Source of the DNA: Pseudogymnoascus verrucosus
Taxonomy: Eukaryota
DNA: 64,000 nt
Reading direction: 5' to 3' (one strand)
Assembly (NCBI GenBank): GCA_001662655.1
Contig: KV460255.1
Part shown: piece by piece, positions 48,954 to 60,443 of the stretch
Numbering within the stretch: the stretch's first letter is position 1
Layout: the number at the start of each line of letters is the position of its first letter
Notes under the pieces: generated by a model
Database searches by the model: none
Told to the model about the DNA's origin: nothing
Seen by the model: the letters and a program-made list of their open reading frames with translations, nothing else
Translations under genes and position numbers: made by a program

Positions 48954-50136
48954 ATGTCTACCGATAAGATTACCTTCTTGATGAACTGGTAATTGGGAGA
49001 CAGATCTTGGTTGATTGGGGGATGTAGGCTGATTTTAGGTTAGGCACGCGACGCCATACCATGCTCCGGTCTACTTGGCCCAGAAGAAAGGATACTTCGC
49101 CGACGAGGGTATCAAGGTTGCTCTGTTGGAGCCGAATGACCCATCCGGTAGGAAGCACTTTCAGTAGCCATGGAGCATGAAACTAATCCCCGATAGATGT
49201 CACCGAGATAATCGGAAGCGGAAAAGTTGATATGGGATTCAAGGCCATGATTCACACTCTTGCCGTAAGTCTACGCATAATCTACTGACAGTCCACCACC
49301 TAACATATCCCCAGGCCAAAGCCCGTGACTTCCCCGTCACGTCCATCGGCTCCCTCCTCGACGAGCCCTTCACCGGCGTCGTCTACCTCAAGGACAGCGG
49401 CATCACCACCGACTTCACCTCCCTCAAGGGCAAGCGCATCGGTTACGTCGGCGAGTTCGGCAAGATCCAAATCGACGAGCTCACCCGCCACTACGGCATG
49501 ACGCCCGACGAGTACACCGCCGTCCGCTGCGGCATGAACGTGTCCAAGGCCATTATCGAGGGCACCATCGACGCCGGTATCGGACTTGAGAACGTCCAGA
49601 TGGTCGAGCTTGAGGAGTGGCTCGCGTCCCAGGGCCGTGCCCGTGACGACGTCCAGATGCTTCGCATTGACGAGCTCGCCGAGCTGGGATGCTGCTGCTT
49701 CTGCTCCATCTTGTACATCGCCAACGATGCCTTCATTGCCGCGAACAAGGACAAGGTCGCTGCGTTCATGCGGGCCGTCAAGCGTGCTACCGACGATGTC
49801 ATTTCCAGCCCCGCTGAGGCGTACAAGGAGTACATTGACGTCAAGCCGCAGATGGCTGACCCTGTCAACCGCAAGATCTACGAGCGCTCGTACGCGTACT
49901 TCTCACAGGACCTCAAGAATGTGGAGCGTGACTGGAAGAAGGTGACTGCGTACGGGAAGAGACTGGGTGTTTTGCAGGAGAACTTTGTGCCGAACTACAC
50001 CAACGAGTTCCTGACCTGGAACTTGGAGGGCGACTCGGCTGACCCAACTGGCGACCAGAAGCGCATGGTCGACTTGCAGAAGGAGGTCGCTTGCTGTGGT
50101 GGTTTCCGCAGACTGAATGTTCAGGTTAAGGCTTGA
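48954..50136 (+). CDS. NMT1: HMP-P synthase Nmt1/Thi5 (thiamine pyrimidine biosynthesis)
   Basis: Introns 48989-49043, 49148-49196, 49265-49314. [36 protein letters not shown] motif. Confidence 0.97.
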
Positions 50137-50383
50137 TTGCATTTTGGGATCCTACTTTCGTCTTGGCTGTAAAGCCGGATGAGCCATTCATTTCGAAAAT
50201 GAGTTTATAAACCCTATATAACGCCCTAGTAGCAGTAGATCTTATGAATACTCGTCTACTGGTACAATATATGGTGCAGCTCACACTTGACACTAACCCT
50301 ACGGCCAAAAGACTGCAAATTTAGAGCCGCTGTATATCATAATTCAAACCACCCTCTCCAACGTAATTAGCTACGCCATTATA

Positions 50384-51491
50384 TTAAGGTTTCCATGAGC
50401 TTAATGCCTTCTCCTGAATCTCCCAAATTGGCCTAGCCAACTCCACGAACTTGCTACCGAATTGGTCCAGCACAAGCCGGACATGGTCCTCCTTAGCTGT
50501 ACTATCTCGACTTCCCGTTCCATTTTCGCCACCAAATGTTGCATTCCACCAGGCCTGTTTCCACTCCTCAACCGCTAGCTTTGCAGCATCTGAATGGGGT
50601 TGGACACCACTTGCGACAAGGTAAAACGATGATCTCTTCGCATGCTTCTTCGCGGGTTTAAATACCTGGACTGAAGAGAAGCTGCTGAAGCGATATATAA
50701 TCTCTAAGGTGTCCCATCCCTCAATCTTATGTAATAAGACAACGATTGTTCCACCCGATCGAATGCGCTGGAGTGCCAAAATCAACTGCGAAACGGTCAA
50801 GCGACGTGCTTCATAATGCTCTCGATATTCGGGGCGCTCATGCGTCCGAAGTACCTGGCCGTCACAAAATATCAATTGGAACGTCTGGCCCCAGAATGGC
50901 CTCTCGTCGCGAAAGCTGGTGCGATCAGGGTGCGTGAGGGGTATCATCTCCACGCCATACTCCTTCCCCAACATCGTAACGTCGAGGAAGAGCATGGTCG
51001 AGCTAGAGCGCGGTAGGAGCACCTTGTGGCCGCTCTGCTGTAATGGGAGACTAATCCCAAAAGCAGTTGCCTTGGGATTGTACTTTAATGCACTAGCTGT
51101 ATAGCCACCCGGCGCCATGCAGATATCTAAAATATTCATATTTCCTTCAGGGTTGGACTGTTGACTAAGGCAACGGGTGCAGCTTTGCATCTCGTCTCCG
51201 ATTTCTTGCATCATCTTATATAACCTATAAGCCTCTTTATTCTTTGCACCATCGGCCGCGCGGCGTTGTCGTGCAAAATATTCGTCTCCGCGCTCGTTCT
51301 TCCACCCCTGTTTTATTTTTTAGTCTTACTTGTTTAGCAAAAATTAATTAGGGACTTACCCTTTCCCTTGCTGCGGCAAGCCTTCTAAAGGCATCATTTT
51401 GCATAAAGAACTCCTGTAGAATAGAGTGAGGATGTAGTCCTAATGTTTCGGCCTCGTCTAAATCAACTGTAGACTGCGCTTGGGTAGACAT
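50384..51491 (-). CDS. FtsJ-like SAM-dependent methyltransferase
   Basis: ATG 51491; intron 51359-51308. ILDICMAPGGY SAM motif, CDGQVLR, QLILALQRI..GGTIVVLLHK, FKP. Confidence 0.82.
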
Positions 51492-52595
51492 AGTTGCTTG
51501 CGGTTGAACTCCTATGAGTATTTCATTTAAATTAACAACGGCGTAACGGGCGTTGCTACTTAATGAGAGATATGTCAAGGCTGTGAGGGCTGTGCAAAGG
51601 GTGCCTTCTTTTATAAGTTCTACGGCCATCTAATCGATTCTTGTTGGTAGACATAAGGCTGGGAGCAAGACCTATAGGAGCGAACCTTCCACCGGATTAC
51701 CATTCTCAAACATCAGCCACAGAATATTGTTCCTAACTAAGCATCGCGCATGCCGCCATATGAGCGACTCTTAGTATTATTGCCAGCCTTGTAATTCTCA
51801 GCCTATGATAAAATAACACGTCGAAAAAGGAAAACGTGCTTGAAGTAGGAGGCTATAGCCTGTGCATGGTGGACGGGGATAGAACTGCTGACTATCATGG
51901 CCACCTCACTTCGGGCCATCCCTTGTGCAAGAATCGGCTTGTAGTCAACGAGGCTACCGAACATAGTCAAGACTAGCCAGCAGGTTGATAAAATACCTCA
52001 GCGTTTAACCTTTTTTTAGTTGTGAATTTATTGGTAAGATGAATAGAATTGCACGATCAGTGTGTCTAGGAAGCAGCTAAAATGCCAATTACAAAAATGC
52101 ACTGCCTCATGATATAAATGTTAGGATGATGGTCGGCAAACATCAACTAGAATAGCACAACATATCATCCGCATGGTAATATTATTTTCACACTTAGAAA
52201 TAAGAGCTTAAATATGAGCTCATCTCTTAGGTTTAGTAGGATTGAAGAGGCGTACGACCTCTGCCATTAACTATTAGGTATCACAAAGTATATGGTCACA
52301 AGCGACCTTTTCTGTGAGTTGAGACAATATAATTATTTATACGTGACTTCCCATGATATATTCCCAATGGGACGGATATAAAAACACCCATCGATACCCA
52401 CTGCCCCTACCCCCCCCGTGCTGAGTTGCCATAAATTCGAGCCCCGCTACCCCGCCATCAAACTGCGGGGTCCAGGGTGAGCGTCACCCCACGACCATCC
52501 TCAAATACCCCATCCCCCCACCACAAAAACCACACCTAACCACCAAACACTCACCCAATCTCCAACTTCCATCAGCACCCCCTAATCGCCCAACA

Positions 52596-53474
52596 ATGGC
52601 TCCCTCCCTCCCAGCCCTCTTCTCCCTCGAAGGCCGCACCGCAGTCGTCACCGGCGGCACCCGCGGCATCGGCGCCCACATGGCCATCTCCCTCGCCGAA
52701 GCCGGCGCCGACATCGTTCTCATCCAGGTATTGACCCCCCCTCTTCTCCTTCCCCAATCCCCGATCGCCCTTCCAAATCCCCCCCCTCAAAAAAAAGAAA
52801 GACCCCCAACCAACTAACCCCCCCCACAGCGCGATGAATCCAACACCACCACCAAAACCGCCATCGAAGCCCTCGGCCGCACCGCCACAATCCTAACCTG
52901 CGACCTCTCCTCCGCCTCCTCAGTCGCCTCTCTCACCCCCACCATCCTCGCCTCCCACGACCCCTCCATCCTCCTCAACTGCGCCGGGATCCAACGCCGC
53001 CACCCCTCTGCCGCCTTCCCAGACTCAGATTGGGATCTAGTCCTCCAAACCAACCTCTCCACCGTCTTCACCCTCTGCCGCGACATCGGCGCGCATATGC
53101 TGACCCGCCCCGGTCCACACAGGGGGAATATAATCAACATCGCCTCACTCCTCAGCTTTCAAGGCGGATTGACAGTGCCCGCGTACGCGGCGGCTAAAGG
53201 GGGGGTAGCGCAGTTAACAAAGGCGCTGAGTAATGAGTGGGCCGGGAAGGGGGTGAATGTCAATGCGATAGCGCCGGGGTATATCGCGACGGAGATGAAC
53301 GATGCGTTGATTGCGGATGCGGATAGGGCGGCGAGTATACTGGCTAGGATACCGGCGGGGAGGTGGGGGAGGCCAGAGGATTTTGGGGGGGTGGTGGTTT
53401 GGCTTGCGGGGGGGGGGAGTGCGTATGTTACGGGGGAGATTGTTACTGTTGATGGGGGGTGGATGGGGAGGTAA
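52596..53474 (+). CDS. Short-chain dehydrogenase, 2-deoxy-D-gluconate 3-dehydrogenase (KduD)-like
   Basis: Intron 52728-52829. [51 protein letters not shown]. Confidence 0.92.
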
Positions 53475-53647
53475 AAGGGGGGGGGAGGTGGCTAGGTAGT
53501 TAGGTATGCGTAGGTTAGTGAGTGTGGTATTGTTGCGATTTAGGACATATTTTGTTTAGATTTTCCTCAAACTCCAGAGTACTGGACCATTACACCACCA
53601 TCATTTTTCTTACACCCCCCCCCCCCCCCCAAAAAAAAATCCCTACC

Positions 53648-54132
53648 CTAAAACTTCCCCCTAACCTTCCCCTCCGCCTCCCTAACCTTCCCCTTCGCCT
53701 CCCCCGCCAACTCACTAGCCTTCCCCTTCGCCTCCCCAATCGCCTCATTAACCTTAGCCTTCACCTCTCCCTCCTCATCATACAGATCCTCTTCGAATTC
53801 CTGCTTCGCTTTATGTCCCTTCAGCCCTGTTGCCTGTTTGGTTTTTTCTGCTACCGTTTCTAGTATACGTCAGCATCCGTCTCCAATTGATCTGGCTAGC
53901 CCTAGCTTTGTAGAGTGAGGGAGGATGGGAGGGGAGGGTGGTGGGGCTTACCGCCGACTTTAATGCCTCCGACGAGCTTATCGCTCACTTTCCTGTCAAC
54001 AGTCTTCAATGCATCCTTTGCCGCCTCAACTGGCCCCTTCTGTCTCAGCGCCGAGACGGTGAATGCACGGGTCGCAATCGGGGTGCGGATGACCTGGCGA
54101 AGCGGCTGGGCAGAGCGTGCGAGGAACGACAT
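53648..54132 (-). CDS. LEA-like small protein with predicted mitochondrial presequence
   Basis: Two exons (intron ~53951-53860). Arg-rich, acid-free N-terminus MSFLARSAQPLRQVIR; C-terminal 11-mer-like repeats GEAKGKASELAGEAKGKVREAEGK. Confidence 0.8.
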
Positions 54133-55095
54133 TTTGTCGGTGTGATGTAGATTATAGATGTATATGATGGTAGGTGAAGCAGCTAGATACGAGACTTTGA
54201 CGCTGCGTGTGATGATGAAGATTGAAGTGATAGATTGAGTTGATGGCTTTTTTTGAATTTGTAAGAAGTAGTGGCGTCAGAGAAGGAGTCAAGTCTTATA
54301 TACGACACCACCAGCTACAGAGAAAACAGGGAGGCCTGTTGTGGGGGGGGGGGTTAGGAGGTAGCTTGGAAAATGGACATGATGTCATAGATTTGATAAA
54401 CTTGGGGGGGGAGGGATCACTACTCCAATCGTTTTGTTTAGATTCTTGTGGGGACCAATTAGGTAGAGAATTGGATATAGATGCATAATTATTGTTTATT
54501 ACCGGTTTGGATTTATTTAATTGAATTGTGGAATATTCTACAAAGCTCTGTTGTTGTTTGTTGTCTCGTCGATAGATGGATGCCATACCCAAGCTCGATC
54601 GGTGGTCAAATCGCGGCTTGCGTCATAGCTTAAATCGGGATTCCCGCTTTTAGCGTACCAGCCTTAATACCACAACAGGTCCCTGGAACTACGTAGCCCT
54701 ATCCAGCAGTACAGCTCACCTCACACCTCACATATACTGCATATCACAAAACTTCACATAAAAAACATATCAACGTGGAGATCGTAAGCATACCATGAAT
54801 TCCTCGTTCCCCAAAAGTAAGGTACGTAGATCATACTCATACACCCCCATCCATCGCCCAGCGCTTTCCCTCCATAGAAACGTACATACAAGTGTCTCAA
54901 AGCCGCAAAAACGCCCAAAACCCTCTTCACGCCGCGCCTGCTTTCAATCCCTCTTTAAAAACCCCCCATGACAACCATAAAAACCCCTCAGTACACCCGG
55001 CGCTTTCTCACTCCAAGAAAAAAGCATAACACCATCTACTCCACGCCTCAGAAAAGCAAACACGAGATATATCACCCCCCCCCCTTTCCCCCAAC

Positions 55096-58000
55096 CTACA
55101 CCACCTCCCCCCCACCCCCCGCCCCAGCCCCAGCCCCAGCCTCAGCAAGCATCCTAACCCTCCCCCTCTCAACCTCAGCCCTCAACTCCTCATTCCTCCT
55201 CTCCCCCTCCTCCAACCTCTTCCTCGCCCCACTGCGATCTAGTAACCTCGCCTCCCTCTCCGCCTTAAGTCGTCTCTCCAACTCCTTGAGTCTAAAGACC
55301 CACCACTCCGAGTCCTCCCCCCCTCCTGCTGCTCCGCCCGCTCTAGAGCTAGAGACTCCCCTGGTCGAGCCAGCCGAACTACCCGCGCGCTCGGGGACAT
55401 CAGCTGTTGCTGCCGCCGAGTTCGCAGAATTAGCAGCAGCGGTAGCTTGGTGGCGCGTTAACGCCTTCGTGCGTGGACCGGTGGGGATGATAGGCGCAGG
55501 ACTGCCCGGCTCAATAACCTCATACACCCCCTTCCTCGGCGTCGACGCTCTCAGCGCCTGAATATCCACTCTCAGCAAGCGATTCATATCCTGCAACCTC
55601 ACGATCTCAGCTCGTTGGTCGGTAGAGGAATTCATGCTAGCAGATCTGACGAGGCCCTCTAGGCGATCGAGTTTCTTGGTTCGTGCTTCGAGGGTGTTTT
55701 CTAGGGAGGAGAAGTCGCGGGCTAGATCGCGCTCGATGGTTCGGACGCGGGTTTTGAATCCCGCGATCAGCGCCTCAATCTTCTTGGTTGACGCAAGGAG
55801 ATTTTTAGCAAAGCCAGGAAGCATGGTCGATACAGCCTCCAAAGAGGGCAAGGCGCGGCCGTTAATCAAACTATTCCCATGTGCCCAATCCGACCCACAA
55901 ATCAGCGACAACCGATTCCACATCGTCAACAGCAGATTATTCCTCTCATTAAGCTGATCCTTGAACGAATTCTCCAACTGACTCAACTTCTTCCTATCCG
56001 CCTGCAACGCCGCTTCCAGCTGCGCCACGCGCGTCTCCTGCTGACCCACCGTGCGCGTGGTGTGGTTGTGCGTCTTGAGGAAGGTCTCGTGCTGGTGCTT
56101 GGAGTTGCGGTGCGATTGTCGCTCTTTATCCAGCATCTCGGCTAGGATCCCGTATTCGTGGCTGTGCGACTCGAGGAGGGTGTCGCGCTCGCGGATTATG
56201 CGGTCTTTCTCTAGGATGGAGGTTTTGGTCGTGTCGAGCTCGCGGGTGGTGTTGTCAAGCTGTTTCTGCAGGTCGCCGATGCCCTTGAGGAAAGTAGAGC
56301 GCGTGCCGTTGAGATCACCCAGCGTCTCGCGGAGGTTATTCTCCAGCTCCAACAACCTCTCCTTCCACTCCGTCGCCTCGACCTCTCGACTCGACAGATT
56401 CTTCCGCAGCCGTCTCGCGTCGTCCTTCGCATTCGACGCCTCGCGATTAAGCTCATTAATATACTTCTGCACCTCCTGCTTCTCCTTCCCCGCCACCACC
56501 TCCCTCTGATGCCTCTCGCTCGCCAGCCGCTGCTCAAGCTCCCTAACCCTCTCCCTCTCATCCCTCGCCGCGCCCTCCGCATTCTTCAGCGCAGACTCCA
56601 GATCCCCAATCTTGATCTTATCACCGTCCTGCTCCTCGCGCAGGAACGCGATTTCGCCCTGGCTAGACTCCTGCTGCACGGTTAGGCGATTAATCTTGTT
56701 ATTCGCCTCGTTGATCGCCTTCTCCATCCCATTCAGCTCGCGATTCGCATCCTCCAGCTCCCGCTCCAGCTCCTGGATCCGCCGGGTCTTGAGATCGTGA
56801 TCATCCTCCAGCCGCACAAGCGCCTCGCTCATCCCCCGCATCTCCGCCTGCAGCGCATTGAAGTTCTCGGCCTGGTTCGCAAGCTCCACCTGCAACCCCT
56901 CCATCTCTACAGCCCGCTCCTCCGCGTCGGCTTCAAGCGCATCGATCTCCTCCTGCGCTTCCTTGCGCAGATTCTCAAACTCAATCTCCACCTCCTCCTG
57001 CCCCTTGAGCGCCTCATCGCGATCCGCCTGCATAGTCTGCAGATCGGCCTCGGCGACTTGCAACTCGTGCTGAAGCTCAGTCGCCAGCGCCTCAGCCTCG
57101 CGCTTCGATTCAATCGCCGTCTCAAAATCCTCCATGCAGCTCTCTAGCTCCTTGTTCACCTCCTGGTTGTCGAGTTGCAGACCGTTCAGCTTATCACGCA
57201 GCTCGGCATTCTTGTTCTCCAGGTCCTCGCGCTCCGCATCTGGCATGATGGCAGTGACGCGCGTCAGCTCGCTACCCCTAGATTGTGGTCTCTCGCGGGT
57301 GCGCGATGCGGAGCGGTCGAGGATGCTGTCGCCGGCGATCGAGCCGCCTCTGCGGTGACCGAGTTTTAGGTCCTCGATCTCCTGGTATAGACGCTCCTTC
57401 TCGCGATTGCGCGACGTCAGCATCGAGGTCTGCGCGCCAACTTCCCTGCGCAACTCGGCGTTTTCATGACGCAGGAGGTCGCTCTCGCGACGGAGATCAT
57501 CGACGAGGGTACTAGCAGCACTGAACGCGCCACCGCGGTCATCAACACGCTCCGACATCCCGGATCTTGGTCGCGTCGGCGACCCCTGTCGCTTCTTGGT
57601 GATATGATAGATATTAGTAGTATGATTCAACCCCGCACCCCCACCAGAAACCACACTCTCACTCCTAAGTCTAAAAATCTCATCACGAAGCTTCCGGTTA
57701 TCCTCATCAGCCTCCTCGCGCCTTGCAGTCTCCTGCTCAAGAAGATCTTTCCACACATCCATCTCCTCCCTCGCATCCATGTCCTCGCCTCGCTTCTCGC
57801 CCATGGACCGCACGGTCTCAGCGAGCTTGCGCTTCTCGGATTCGCGGGAGAGGCTCTCGGTGCGCATCTTCTCGATTTCGACTTCGTATTCCTCCATGCG
57901 TTCGCGGAGGTAGATGAGCTCCTCTTCGCGCTCTTGTGCGCCTTCTTGGTCGAACCATTGCGGTTGGCCTTCGGATGAGGCGCCGGAGCGAGCGGTTCCT

Positions 58001-59685
58001 GGTCGGGGGGAGCCGTCTTTACTCTTCTCGAGCTCTTTGACTTTGCGCCGGAGTGCCTTGTTATCTCTCTGCATATTCGCGAGGACCGTTTTCATCTCCA
58101 CATTCTCGGAGATCATCTCCTTAACGCCCTCTTCAGATAACTTGTCCAGCCTATCACTGAGGAACATGACCTTGAGCTTCAAATCAAAATTCTCCTTCGA
58201 CAGCCGCTCAATAGTGCTACTCTGCTCCTTGAGCGTCATATTCTTTCCATGGCGTTCCGTGCTAGGCCCTGGAAGCCTGCCAGGTGAGACACCCGATTTA
58301 TTCCTATATTCTTTGGCGACGGATTCCGGAACATGCACGTTACGAACATGTCTCGCGATGACCGTGTCTGTAGGAGCAGCTAGGGAGTGGCTCGTCGCGC
58401 GCGGTGTTGCTGGGGCATTGTCGTAGTCGTCAGCGGTTTGACTACTATCTACCCGCGACCGGTTTCTCTCCTCTTCCTCCAACGTCCCGAGAACGGGCTT
58501 CAACTCGGCGGAATCGTCAATGCCAGATGCCATGCTGCCTAGGCTGATACTCCTTGATAGCATGTAGCTGCTGTGTCGAGACGCGCCATACGCTGGCACA
58601 GCACCGCCCGATAACATAGCGTAGTCTGTCCCATAGGTCATATCACTACTCTCCTCTGCATCCGTATTCGCAACAGACGACGATATAGACGATCTCTGGC
58701 TCGCATTCCGACTCCTTAAAAACTTCGGCCGTCTACCCGACCTGCGCCTATTAACCAGCGCCGCACCAGGTGTACTCCCAGCATCCGCAGCATTAAGACT
58801 CTGATTCGACGCCTGATGTCGTATCGTAGACCGCTCATCCGACGAATCCCCCTTAGTCCCCTGCGATGACTCCGGCTCAAATATCCTCGGCGTGCCCTGG
58901 CGACTAAGTCCCTCCTCACCTCCGTTCTCACTCTGCGGCGGGCTTGGAGCATCCGACGTAACATGTCCTTCAATATCATACCCCATACTGACCATCGAAA
59001 TCGCTCTCGACACCGTCCTCGCCGCCGCCGCCGCCGTCGGCGACGACATAGTCTCCAGCGAAGACGTCGTATTCCCATTATCCCCCAGCTCATCCCCCAA
59101 CATCGACCCCTGCACCTGCGGCGTCCCCCTCTCCGACAACGGGGTAAACGACTCCTGCCTCCCCTCCTCCCTCGCCGCACCCTTCGTCGGCGTCCTGATT
59201 CCGGGTATTCGGTCCGCGAGCACAACTGGCTCGCGCGCCCCGTCAAATAAATACGTATCGTCTGCGCCTGGGTTGGCAGACTGGCCTACGGGACTCGGCG
59301 CGGGGAGGAAGCTGCTCTCGACGTCGTTTAGGTGCCGGCGCATCTCGCTCTCGTCCATGGTATCGGGGTGGCCGTCGCTGTGCTCCTCGCGGCTCAGGTC
59401 CTCGGACATCATGCTGCTCTCCCCCGGTGGCAGGGCGGGTAGGTTGCCCAGCGAGGGGAAGCGTTTTGCGGGTTTATTGTTATTGTTTGTGTTATCGTCA
59501 AAGGCCTGCTCGCCCATACTCGAATCGGCGAAGCTAGTCGGTTTGTTCGGCGCCACGTTCTCGTCGTCGTCGTTGCCGGTATCCATAGTGAATCCCTCCA
59601 CGTTCTTCTTGCGCGAGCCCTTGCGCGAGAGGGTGATGCGCGCTTCGGCGGGCGGGGGCGAGGAGTCTTCTTCGGTCGCGGTCAT
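55096..59685 (-). CDS. apsB: ApsB/Mto1-like gamma-tubulin complex receptor (centrosomin CM1 domain)
   Basis: 1529-aa ORF. CM1 motif MTLKEQSSTIERLSKENFDLKLKVMFL, long coiled coil, C-terminal WVFRLKELERRLKAEREARLLDRSGA. Confidence 0.9.
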   Translation of the reverse strand: MTATEEDSSPPPAEARITLSRKGSRKKNVEGFTMDTGNDDDENVAPNKPTSFADSSMGEQAFDDNTNNNNKPAKRFPSLGNLPALPPGESSMMSEDLSREEHSDGHPDTMDESEMRRHLNDVESSFLPAPSPVGQSANPGADDTYLFDGAREPVVLADRIPGIRTPTKGAAREEGRQESFTPLSERGTPQVQGSMLGDELGDNGNTTSSLETMSSPTAAAAARTVSRAISMVSMGYDIEGHVTSDAPSPPQSENGGEEGLSRQGTPRIFEPESSQGTKGDSSDERSTIRHQASNQSLNAADAGSTPGAALVNRRRSGRRPKFLRSRNASQRSSISSSVANTDAEESSDMTYGTDYAMLSGGAVPAYGASRHSSYMLSRSISLGSMASGIDDSAELKPVLGTLEEEERNRSRVDSSQTADDYDNAPATPRATSHSLAAPTDTVIARHVRNVHVPESVAKEYRNKSGVSPGRLPGPSTERHGKNMTLKEQSSTIERLSKENFDLKLKVMFLSDRLDKLSEEGVKEMISENVEMKTVLANMQRDNKALRRKVKELEKSKDGSPRPGTARSGASSEGQPQWFDQEGAQEREEELIYLRERMEEYEVEIEKMRTESLSRESEKRKLAETVRSMGEKRGEDMDAREEMDVWKDLLEQETARREEADEDNRKLRDEIFRLRSESVVSGGGAGLNHTTNIYHITKKRQGSPTRPRSGMSERVDDRGGAFSAASTLVDDLRRESDLLRHENAELRREVGAQTSMLTSRNREKERLYQEIEDLKLGHRRGGSIAGDSILDRSASRTRERPQSRGSELTRVTAIMPDAEREDLENKNAELRDKLNGLQLDNQEVNKELESCMEDFETAIESKREAEALATELQHELQVAEADLQTMQADRDEALKGQEEVEIEFENLRKEAQEEIDALEADAEERAVEMEGLQVELANQAENFNALQAEMRGMSEALVRLEDDHDLKTRRIQELERELEDANRELNGMEKAINEANNKINRLTVQQESSQGEIAFLREEQDGDKIKIGDLESALKNAEGAARDERERVRELEQRLASERHQREVVAGKEKQEVQKYINELNREASNAKDDARRLRKNLSSREVEATEWKERLLELENNLRETLGDLNGTRSTFLKGIGDLQKQLDNTTRELDTTKTSILEKDRIIRERDTLLESHSHEYGILAEMLDKERQSHRNSKHQHETFLKTHNHTTRTVGQQETRVAQLEAALQADRKKLSQLENSFKDQLNERNNLLLTMWNRLSLICGSDWAHGNSLINGRALPSLEAVSTMLPGFAKNLLASTKKIEALIAGFKTRVRTIERDLARDFSSLENTLEARTKKLDRLEGLVRSASMNSSTDQRAEIVRLQDMNRLLRVDIQALRASTPRKGVYEVIEPGSPAPIIPTGPRTKALTRHQATAAANSANSAAATADVPERAGSSAGSTRGVSSSRAGGAAGGGEDSEWWVFRLKELERRLKAEREARLLDRSGARKRLEEGERRNEELRAEVERGRVRMLAEAGAGAGAGGGGEVV

Positions 59686-60171
59686 GGTGTAGCGGGCATT
59701 ACGCGTCGCGGTGGTGGTGAGGGTGTGAGGGCTCAGAGGAGGTTCGCGGCATGAGAGACTCGGTGTGTTGTGGTGGTGGTTGTGAGTTTTATGTGGTGAT
59801 CTGTGCGCTCAGACACACGCTGCTGTTTGACCCTGCGTCGTGCAGGAGCGGGATGTGGATGTGCGCTGCGGGTGTGTAGGTGGTGGGGAGGTTGTGGATT
59901 GTTGTTGGAGAGGTGCAGGATCGGTGAGACAGTGTTAGGAGGTTATTATCGTTATGGCGCGGGTTCGTGGGGGAGAATGAAGCTTTGAAGCAATTCGAAT
60001 GTTGAGCCTCTTTGACAGGCTATCAAGGGTGGAACGCGGGTTGTTTCCAGGTCAACGTACTTTCTGAGAGCTACGGGACCGTTGTGTTGTGGTGGTGGTG
60101 CATGGCGACTGGGATCACGGGACTGTCGATCATTTGGCGTTTCAAGTTGATGTTTTGGGTGGTGTGTTGAT

Positions 60172-60443
60172 GGATGCCTTAGGTTGTTGATGTTGGTGCC
60201 TTAGGCTTTCTAATGGTTTGGCAAGTGTTGATGCCTTAGGTTGCTCATGGACGCTTTGGGAGTGTTGGTGCCTTAGGTTGCTGCAGGATGCTTCGGGCTA
60301 GGCTGTGATCGAGTCGATCTAAATATCATTGCCATATATACGAGGCAGAAACGTGGGTTGTTAATACCTTAGGCGTTGACGGATGCTTTAGGCTAGGCTG
60401 GTAATCGAATCGATCCAAACATTAGTGCCATATATACAAGGCA
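60172..60443. repeat. Degenerate repeat cluster: TGCCTTAGG units plus an ~80-bp direct duplication
   Basis: TGCCTTAGG near 60175, 60197, 60232, 60269 and TACCTTAGG near 60365; 60268-60347 resembles 60364-60443. Confidence 0.75.

Noticed and set aside
54298..54345. Faint resemblance to the 5' end of fungal 5S rRNA (TATACGAC...GAAAACAGGG)
   Set aside because: Similarity stops after ~35 nt, no internal control region or 3' stem is seen, and the site coincides with the likely TATA box of the LEA-like gene.
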